Source: an uncultured delta proteobacterium | GTDB taxonomy: Bacteria; Desulfobacterota; BSN033; UBA1163 | DNA: 64,000 bases | NCBI GenBank assembly: GCA_963827685.1 | Contig: CAWHBU010000005.1 | Coordinates: 128,001 to 192,000, forward strand | Direction of reading: 5' to 3' | In this document: positions 56,978-64,000 of the stretch, in pieces | How the letters are laid out: each line of letters opens with the position of its first letter | How positions within the stretch are numbered: position 1 is the first letter of the stretch | The notes under the pieces: generated by a model | Seen by the model: the letters and a program-made list of their open reading frames with translations, nothing else | The model's database searches: none | Told to the model about the DNA's origin: nothing | Position numbers and translations under genes: made by a program

Positions 56978-58186
56978 TTAAACAGGTTTTTCAAGATGCG
57001 ACCTGTTCTTCTCCAAATATTCCATAAAGAAGGCCATCATGATCGAAGCTAAGAGACCCACCACCCCCGCTATCATTACATTTAGTCGCTTTTTAGGTTT
57101 GATCGGAAACTCTGGGGGTATGGCAGGAACTGAAACCTGAATTGTTGTCGATTTAATCGCTGAAGAGACCTTTGTCTCCTCTCCTTTTTTGGAAAGGATC
57201 TCATAAGTGTTTCTCGCTGTGTCCACGTTTCTTGTCAGTCTGGTCTGAATAAGCTCTTGTTCTGCTAATTGCTTTTTCAATCCGCTAACCTCTTCATTGA
57301 GATTTTTGACATTCTCTTTTAATTGAAGAATTTCAGCATTGAAGGATTGGATATTTACAGCCGTATCTGCCGTTCTCGAACTTAGACCAACATAAAGAGG
57401 ATTAATTTCCTCTTTTCCAATTAGCCCTTTATCCACAGGCATAGTTCTTTCCTGCTCTTTTATCTGGGCTGTCAATTCTTTATAACGTGCCTTTTCCATC
57501 ATTAAGGAACGGTTTGAATCATCCAATTTGACTTCATATTGCACAACTTGTTTAATCTTGCCAGAAATTTGTTCTTTCAGGAGATCTACTTTATTGACCT
57601 TCTGAAATTTCTCCAATTCTTCTTCGGAAGTCTTTAGACTCATTTTGGCCTTTTCTAATTGACCCATAACAAAGGCATAGGTGTTGCTTGTTTCCTTGGA
57701 AGTGACCTCCTCGTTTCTCTCGATAAAAGTAGAGGACCATTCGTTGGCAATCTGAGCAGCTCGATCCTTCGATGTATCTTGAACCTTTAATAAGATCAGG
57801 TTGGTATTTCTCGGATACTCGATTTTGACCTGTTTCAAGATTTTCGTAACCGTGTATTCATGGCCAGGATTGGTCAGCCCCAGTTTTGTAACCACAGTTT
57901 TTGCAGTATGTTCGTTCAAAATCATTTTTGAGAATGTTTCGGCAGAAACATTCTCAAAGATCGGAGTAGATATTCGAGGGCCCTCTTTAGTAGCAAATTC
58001 TACTTGGTATTTTGGTGATGTGACCATCAGGTAGGTTTTGGCTTCATAGATCTTTGGCAATAGGAAACTGACTATTCCTGCCACAACCATACAGAGAAGT
58101 GTTCCAATGATAATCAGCCATTTCCTTTTCTTGATCACCTGAATATAATCCATTAAGTTGATTTCGTCGGGTGTAATCTCATTCAT
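56978..58186 (-). CDS. wzz: Wzz/GumC-type polysaccharide chain-length determinant
   Basis: DEINL.DY, two TMs flanking a coiled coil, P..PIKPK. Confidence 0.88.
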   Translation of the reverse strand: MNEITPDEINLMDYIQVIKKRKWLIIIGTLLCMVVAGIVSFLLPKIYEAKTYLMVTSPKYQVEFATKEGPRISTPIFENVSAETFSKMILNEHTAKTVVTKLGLTNPGHEYTVTKILKQVKIEYPRNTNLILLKVQDTSKDRAAQIANEWSSTFIERNEEVTSKETSNTYAFVMGQLEKAKMSLKTSEEELEKFQKVNKVDLLKEQISGKIKQVVQYEVKLDDSNRSLMMEKARYKELTAQIKEQERTMPVDKGLIGKEEINPLYVGLSSRTADTAVNIQSFNAEILQLKENVKNLNEEVSGLKKQLAEQELIQTRLTRNVDTARNTYEILSKKGEETKVSSAIKSTTIQVSVPAIPPEFPIKPKKRLNVMIAGVVGLLASIMMAFFMEYLEKNRSHLEKPV

Positions 58187-58524
58187 TCTCTTTGCTCTTT
58201 GCCTCTTGAACAAAAATAACAATTAGACCAACATCTCAAGCTAAATGGGTTCCTTACCCTGTCTCTTGGACACTGCATTGGTGTTCTTAAATCGATCCAT
58301 ATATTCTTTAGAACTAAAAGGGCTTTGTTTTTTTATCAAGGATTATTCGATTTCCCCCACCCGTGGGTTCTAAAGCTTAGTATTCAAAAAACAATTAATT
58401 TTCTTTTATGTTTTTCACTTTTTTACATCTGGTGTCCGCTTCCCAAGAACAAATGTAAGCTAATTTTAGGGCTTTTTCTCAATCCGGCGGGAACCTTTGT
58501 AAGTCCCAGTCGGTCGGACACTGT

Positions 58525-58790
58525 TTAAGCTGATCCTTCGCGCTTTTTGCGTCTCTGTTTCGAGGCTCCCGATTCCTCCATATTTCCGACGACTTTCAGG
58601 ATTGCGTAGTAGACCACCTCCCAAATCTGAGTCGCTTTGGGGTTGACCGCTGCTCTCATGATGGCTCCCAACATCCTTGAAGGAGAAATGCCAGAAGGCT
58701 TGATAAATTTCTCAAATTCGCGCCATACGTGCCGACTCAGGTAGAGGGTAGGGTAATGTTGATCCGTTTATCTCGATGCCAATCTTTGGC
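58525..58790 (-). pseudogene. Degraded ribbon-helix-helix-like gene with 5-bp duplication
   Basis: Removing one ACCCT (58745-58754) gives KRINITLYLSRHVWREFEKFIKPSGISPSRMLGAIMR...; no clean start; TTGACA-17-TATAGG upstream. Confidence 0.45.
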
Positions 58791-59025
58791 AGATGTTTTC
58801 TGCCCAGTGGAATAAACCTATACACCCCCTTTCATTCTTTGTCAAGGTTTTTTCACAGATCAGTTGAATTGGGAAGTCTCAACCTTGTTATAAAGAAAAT
58901 TGCAAGAGCAAATAGGAAGGCTTCGTAATCATTAAAGAATTTGTGGAGTGCAGTCTAAGTAGTAAAAGAGGATTTGTATCGGACAGGGCAAAGTTCGCTC
59001 CAACAGGCATTATTCGATTCTTTTA

Positions 59026-59925
59026 TTAATTCAGTGGTTGATAATAGACCACCTTCCTTCTCTCAACTGGGAATCTCAAGAAGATGTACGTCCTTGTTTT
59101 CTTCTCGTCGGCTCCAATCTTAATCGTTCCTTGGTTGCGCAGCACCACTTCCTTAACAAAACGAAGGATGAGATCCGATGCCTCTTCTTTTTGGAGCGTG
59201 GCCATTTCCAATACCGGTTCGCTCGGTCTCTGATGCCCTGGAAATACCACCGAGATCTCAACATATTTTCCATCCTTCTTGAATAAACTTTGAACCTCGC
59301 TTGCCTCCTTCTCAAGGATGAAAGATCTTGTTGACAGGCCAAGGTTCCAGTTGGGAGGCGTCAAGGCCAGGGCATATTGAAGGACAGATCCTATGATATA
59401 CTTCAACTGTTCATCAGGGACAATGGTTTCGGGAAGATCCTTTTCTAATCTTTTAAGTACCTTGATTCCCTTCTCTTCCAATTTAGCCTGGTGTTTCTTC
59501 AACACCTCCTCAATGATATTATGAATCGTGTTCACTTTTCGGATCGGCGTGTGGACCTTAATGTAATCAAGAAGACTATTCAATACCATATCCATCTTCT
59601 CAATATCCCCGGTCACCGTCCGATAATAATATTCACCGAATTCACTATCACTAAATTTTCCTCGCGAAATTTGCGTATAATTTTTAATGGAGGCGAGACT
59701 GTTCTTAATCCGTTGGATTAAATCAATAAAAAAGGAGGTCAAGAAAGGGGCGTTTTGTTCATTTGACAAAAAATCTAATTTAGACTTAATGGATTCTATC
59801 CCCTCTTCAACCGAAGAGGGGGGGGAGGGCGTTTTTTCATTTTCAATTTCGAAAAGATTCCAATCCATCTCGATCACCAAACCTTTCTTAATGGAATTAA
59901 ATCCAATTCCCAAATCCGTAATCAT
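59026..59925 (-). CDS. Degenerate histidine-kinase-like protein
   Basis: HisKA-like LIQRIKNSLASIK, LEKDLP...D.EQL; lacks His, N-box Asn and G boxes. Confidence 0.7.
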   Translation of the reverse strand: MITDLGIGFNSIKKGLVIEMDWNLFEIENEKTPSPPSSVEEGIESIKSKLDFLSNEQNAPFLTSFFIDLIQRIKNSLASIKNYTQISRGKFSDSEFGEYYYRTVTGDIEKMDMVLNSLLDYIKVHTPIRKVNTIHNIIEEVLKKHQAKLEEKGIKVLKRLEKDLPETIVPDEQLKYIIGSVLQYALALTPPNWNLGLSTRSFILEKEASEVQSLFKKDGKYVEISVVFPGHQRPSEPVLEMATLQKEEASDLILRFVKEVVLRNQGTIKIGADEKKTRTYIFLRFPVERRKVVYYQPLN

Positions 59926-60125
59926 TATATATAGACTTTACTAAAAACTCAATATTGAAAACATAAATGAAGGCATAAGATCTCAACATTTTTCTCTTTT
60001 CACCAACGTGATTTGACACTTATTAACACGATTTTACATAGCTGAGAAATTTAATATTTGAGAAATATTATGAAATGGTTTTGTCAGGAAGCTTCCTCAA
60101 TAAATGAGGAGATAAAATTATGGCT

Positions 60126-61280
60126 TCACTCTTTAAAAGCAGTCATGGGTTCCACCATCAACTCGCCTTTTTCGAAGCGCCCGATGGAAAGAGAGGAGAT
60201 GTTGATTGTATTCGCCCCTCCGTTTGCGATCAGCTCTGAGATCACTTTTCCCACTGCAGGGCTATGCTGAAATCCGTGTCCGCTAAAACCATTGGCGAGG
60301 ATAAATCCTTCTACCTCGGGAACCTTTCCGAGGATAGCATGGTGGTCCGGAGATATCTCATAAAGTCCTGCCCATCCCCGGGCAATACGAGCCTTTTCGA
60401 GAACCGGAACGCGGCAAATTGCATTCTCCGAAGTCTCGGCCATGGCTTCATAGTCGATATTGAGGTTAAAACTCGGCTCCAGGTCTAACGGGCCAGAGAG
60501 GAGCAATCCATCACCTTCCTGACGGAAATACCATCCCCGGTGAAAATCAATGGTCAGCGGAATAGGACGGTCGGTGAGATGGAAGGGGGCCGTAATAAAG
60601 ATTTGCCTTCTCAAAGGTTTGACAGGAATTTTGATACCTACCATTTCCCCTATGGAAGCAGCATAGGGTCCTGCTGCATTGATCACCACACGCGTGGAAA
60701 TCTCTTCGTCCTTTGTTTTGACACTACGAATCTTCCCTTTTGCTAATGAGATTCCCATGATCTCCATTCCTTCGTAGATTTTGACACCTGCCCTCTTCGC
60801 ACCACTGGCAAACCCGGAGAGAATTTCACTCGGGCCTGCATACCCATCCCAGGAGCATAATGTCCCTCCCAGGATATCGTCGATTCTCAAGCAGGGCCAG
60901 CACGACCTGATTTCATTAGGACTTAAGAATTCAACAGGAATATTAAATTTTTTCTGGAGCTTCATATTCTCCTTGAAGACTCCGATCTCTCTTTCAGTAG
61001 TCGCTAAAAAGAGATAGCCAATTCTTTTGAATTCTGGGTTGACTCCGAATTCCTCTTCGAATCGTTCGAAGGTCTTTAATGATTCGAGTGAGAAACGAAT
61101 ATTAATCTCTGTAGAAAATTGGACTCGAATGCCTCCCACACAGCGGCTGGTGGAACCTTCTCCCAATTGCCCCTTCTCGAAGAGGACAATCTTCCCTGGC
61201 CTTTTCAGGGCAAGATAGTAAGCAATGCTCAGGCCAACAATACCACCTCCGATAATAACTATGTCCGCTGTTTTTTCCAT
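60126..61280 (-). CDS. FAD-dependent oxidoreductase (DAO/sarcosine oxidase beta-like)
   Basis: IIGGGIVG, GSTSR..GG, SPD...ILG, GFSGHGF. Confidence 0.92.
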   Translation of the reverse strand: MEKTADIVIIGGGIVGLSIAYYLALKRPGKIVLFEKGQLGEGSTSRCVGGIRVQFSTEINIRFSLESLKTFERFEEEFGVNPEFKRIGYLFLATTEREIGVFKENMKLQKKFNIPVEFLSPNEIRSCWPCLRIDDILGGTLCSWDGYAGPSEILSGFASGAKRAGVKIYEGMEIMGISLAKGKIRSVKTKDEEISTRVVINAAGPYAASIGEMVGIKIPVKPLRRQIFITAPFHLTDRPIPLTIDFHRGWYFRQEGDGLLLSGPLDLEPSFNLNIDYEAMAETSENAICRVPVLEKARIARGWAGLYEISPDHHAILGKVPEVEGFILANGFSGHGFQHSPAVGKVISELIANGGANTINISSLSIGRFEKGELMVEPMTAFKE

Positions 61281-61339
61281 GGGAGCCTACCATGAGGATA
61301 GAATATGGTAATCGGATTGAACCGCTTCGGTATTCCTTT

Positions 61340-62905
61340 TTAACGTTTCATCTTTCTTTTAACGATATTCAGCAAAAAAAGCATCTCCTCATTCTTCATC
61401 CAATAAGAGCAAGCCAAATAGATTCCGAGGCCGGCAATCATCCCTGCCCCCAGGAGAAATATCTTTTCGATCGTATTTCCGGAAACCGTCCAGTCTCTCA
61501 GAGAACAGATTGAATAAACCGTTAACCCCATGAGAAAACTGCATAAAAACATTTTAAGGAGCGCCTTAATGTTTTTTATGACATCGAACCCGCCTAATCG
61601 ACAATTCAATTTCCAATAGAGAAGAAAGAGGTTCAGCATGGAGGAGAGGCTGGTCGCCAGTGCCAGACCGGCATGTTTTAAAGGGTGTATGAAGATAAGG
61701 ATCAGGACGATATTGACCCCCAGGCAGATGAGACCGATCTTAAAAGGGGTCCACGTATCCTGGAGGGAATAAAAAGCCGGGGCAAGCACCCGGACCCCTC
61801 CGATTGCCCAGAGGCCGATGGAATAGCATAGAAGCGCTTTGGCCGTCATTTCAGTGGCAACATAATCGAACGCTCCCCTTTGCAGAAGCAGATTGAGAAT
61901 GGGAGTTTTCAACGAGATAAGACCCACCGCAGCAGGAATGCAAATAAATGAACCCAGCCGAAAGGCAAATGAGACCGTTTCTTTGAATTCTTCGGTCTTT
62001 CCCTGAGCAACCAGTGACGAAAAACTCGGGAGTGCAGCCGTTCCGATCGCAATCACGAATATTCCCAATGGAAATTCCATGAGCCGGTCCGCATAGTAGA
62101 GATAGGAAACGCTTCCATCGGCAAGAGACGTGGCAAACATCGTGTCGATAAGCACATTGATCTGGTAGACGGCGGTTCCGATCAATCCCGGAATCATCAG
62201 AAATCCGATTCGCTTAATGGCAGGATGCCTGAAATTGAGATCGAATCGGAAGCTGATCTTCTTTTTTATTAAAAAAGGGACCTGAAAGAAAAACTGAAGC
62301 ATTCCTCCCGCAAGAACACCCATGGCCAATGCCATGACCGGTTTTTGAAAATGATGATAGAATAAGAAGGCCGAGGCAATGATAGAGAGATTGAGGAAAA
62401 CGGTAGCAAACGCCGGTGCGAAGAAATGCCTGAGGGAGTTCAAAATTCCCATAGAGAGAGCAAATAACCCGATAAAAAACAGATACGGGAACATAATCCG
62501 GTTTAAGGTAACGGCCAGGTGAAATTTTTCTGAGGTTGGGGGCCATGTCCAGGCAAATATTTTGATCAAAATCGGAGAGAAGACAATTCCGAGAACTGTC
62601 AGAACGAGCAATAGCACTCCACCGATCGTAAAAGCGATATGTGTGACTTCCTGCGATTCCTTTTCTGTTCGCTGAGTGAGGTATTCTGTATAGACAGGGA
62701 TGAAAGAGACGGTCATTGACCCTTCTCCTACCAATCGTCTCCAGAGATTTGGAATTCGGAAGGCGACGAAAAAGGCGTCGGTTGCCATTCCTGCCCCGAA
62801 AAAGTAGGCAACCACCATATCCCTGAAGAAGCCTGAGATACGACTGAGGAGCGTTCCTGTCCCGATGAGCGTAGCTGCTTTCGTGATTTTATGGTTTTCA
62901 GACAT
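61340..62905 (-). CDS. murJ: Lipid II flippase MurJ
   Basis: SRISGF.RD, AFRIPNL.RRL.GEG, YYADRLMEFPLG. Confidence 0.95.
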   Translation of the reverse strand: MSENHKITKAATLIGTGTLLSRISGFFRDMVVAYFFGAGMATDAFFVAFRIPNLWRRLVGEGSMTVSFIPVYTEYLTQRTEKESQEVTHIAFTIGGVLLLVLTVLGIVFSPILIKIFAWTWPPTSEKFHLAVTLNRIMFPYLFFIGLFALSMGILNSLRHFFAPAFATVFLNLSIIASAFLFYHHFQKPVMALAMGVLAGGMLQFFFQVPFLIKKKISFRFDLNFRHPAIKRIGFLMIPGLIGTAVYQINVLIDTMFATSLADGSVSYLYYADRLMEFPLGIFVIAIGTAALPSFSSLVAQGKTEEFKETVSFAFRLGSFICIPAAVGLISLKTPILNLLLQRGAFDYVATEMTAKALLCYSIGLWAIGGVRVLAPAFYSLQDTWTPFKIGLICLGVNIVLILIFIHPLKHAGLALATSLSSMLNLFLLYWKLNCRLGGFDVIKNIKALLKMFLCSFLMGLTVYSICSLRDWTVSGNTIEKIFLLGAGMIAGLGIYLACSYWMKNEEMLFLLNIVKRKMKR

Positions 62906-62926
62906 AATGCGTCACTTCAAAAGACC

Positions 62927-62956
62927 TTGACACAAGCTATACTAAAATGTTAAAAA
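62927..62956 (+). promoter_or_regulatory. Putative rpsT promoter
   Basis: TTGACA followed 17-18 bp later by TG-T-TAAAAA. Confidence 0.5.
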
Positions 62957-62975
62957 AATCAATAATATCATTGCA

Positions 62976-63043
62976 GATTGAAGAATTTAGGGATTTAGGA
63001 ATTTTGAAATTCGCAATCCCTCAATTCCTGAATTCTTTAATTC
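62976..63043. repeat. Inverted octamer arrays in rpsT leader
   Basis: GATTGAAG AATTTAGG GATTTAGG AATTTTGA / CGCAATCC CTCAATTC CTGAATTC TTTAATTC. Confidence 0.8.
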
Positions 63044-63066
63044 ATTAAGAAAAAGGAGGCGAAATT

Positions 63067-63354
63067 TTGGCAATCCATTTATCGGCGATTAAACGGGCAA
63101 GACAAAACGAAAAGAGAAGGCTTCGAAACCTCCACATCAGAACCACAGTGAAGTCCTCTGTGAAAAAAGTGAGGGCAGCCATTGAGAAAAAAGATGTTGA
63201 AGGGGCCCAAAAGGCTTTGTCGAAGACAATCCCTCTAATCCAGAAATCTCACTCCAAGGGTGTCTTTCATAAAAATACCACTGCCAGGAAAATATCCCGG
63301 CTCACCCGGGAAGTCGACGCCCTATCCGCAGAGCGCAAAGAGCATAGCGCATAG
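63067..63354 (+). CDS. rpsT: 30S ribosomal protein S20
   Basis: SAIKRARQNEKRR, KGVFHKN..ARK.SRL; TTG start with GGAGG. Confidence 0.96.
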   Translation: MAIHLSAIKRARQNEKRRLRNLHIRTTVKSSVKKVRAAIEKKDVEGAQKALSKTIPLIQKSHSKGVFHKNTTARKISRLTREVDALSAERKEHSA

Positions 63355-63359
63355 CGAAT

Positions 63360-64000
63360 TCACCGCGGACGGCAGAGGTCAATCACCAACTTCTCCATTA
63401 AAAGATCCTTGGGTCCCCGGCTCCTCTTAATAGCTAAGTCGGACTGATGACACTTTCGGATTCCTTCTTTAAGTGAAGCCTCAGAGAAATTCTTCCCTTG
63501 ATCCATCAATTTCCTTATATTCCACGGTGGCGTTCGCAGTTCTTTGGCCAGGTCCCCCATATCCTTATGACGAGAACTCATCTGTTTGATCACCAGCATA
63601 CTCCAATATTGCTTTGCCATCATGCCCAATAGTAGTGGAACAGGGTCCTTCTTTGAGGGCTCTTCGTCCTTTTTAAATGAAATAGCCCCTAAATCCATAG
63701 CCTTTTCTAAAATTCCGAGGGCTTTCTCCAAGTTTTGATGACCAATCGCATCGGTTAAATCGAAGACCGTGCTCACCTTGACCTCTGAGGTAACTTCTTC
63801 CATGTCGGAAAGCTCGATGTTCCGTTTCTCTCCAACACTCAAAAAGACCTTCTCCAGTGCGTTGTCGAGATCGTATAGGTGATCTCCCACTACCTCAACC
63901 AAATAGTCTGCAGACTCATCCGAAAGCGTTTTCCCCTTTTCCTTCATCCTATTCTTCATCCAGGAAACTAACGCCCTGCCCTTTAATCGTGTATATTCAG
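63360..64000 (-). CDS. holA: DNA polymerase III delta subunit, C-terminal part
   Basis: VGD.L..L.N.LEK, VFDL.DAI, D.AIK.S; usual neighbour of rpsT. Confidence 0.88.
   Translation of the reverse strand, partial: EYTRLKGRALVSWMKNRMKEKGKTLSDESADYLVEVVGDHLYDLDNALEKVFLSVGEKRNIELSDMEEVTSEVKVSTVFDLTDAIGHQNLEKALGILEKAMDLGAISFKKDEEPSKKDPVPLLLGMMAKQYWSMLVIKQMSSRHKDMGDLAKELRTPPWNIRKLMDQGKNFSEASLKEGIRKCHQSDLAIKRSRGPKDLLMEKLVIDLCRPR

Noticed and set aside
255-62546. Many antisense or nested ORFs of 60-200 aa in the track
   Set aside because: They overlap well-supported genes and lack motifs; treated as shadow ORFs
17309-63356. CRISPR interpretation of the periodic arrays
   Set aside because: Units are 7-9 bp, contiguous and degenerate, with no spacers and no cas genes

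Overview
Bacterial chromosomal window; gene content and repeat families suggest a Desulfobacterota/deltaproteobacterial genome (inference). In order it holds: (i) two LIV-type ABC importer/catabolic operons, each headed by a near-identical copy of a ~610-bp XRE-cupin regulator+promoter module; (ii) ttcA, an endonuclease III-like gene and a YbhFSR/HlyD-type ABC exporter; (iii) an IS1202-like element with a 17-bp target duplication, rel/spoT and rpmB; (iv) a ~31-kb surface-polysaccharide locus (wzz, a NusG paralog, gmd/per, GT4s, two B12 radical SAM enzymes, an IS3 element, a priming GT, a GDP-heptose-like pathway with its own transaldolase, a GT-C); (v) a pseudo-histidine kinase, an FAD oxidoreductase, murJ, rpsT and holA. 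The most unusual signals are non-coding. First, two four-helix-bundle (TIGR02436-like) genes are each bracketed by inverted arrays of degenerate 7- or 8-mer repeats, and at least six gene-less inverted arrays of the same design (periods 7, 8, 9) occur across the window, with related arrays fused into coding ends. Second, a six-layer nest of ~30-35-bp palindromic mini-elements (CCTGCC...GGCAGG termini) at 22968-23170 appears to have formed by insertion into one another without target duplication. No rRNA, tRNA or CRISPR array was seen. All calls are by eye from sequence and the ORF track; no searches were run.
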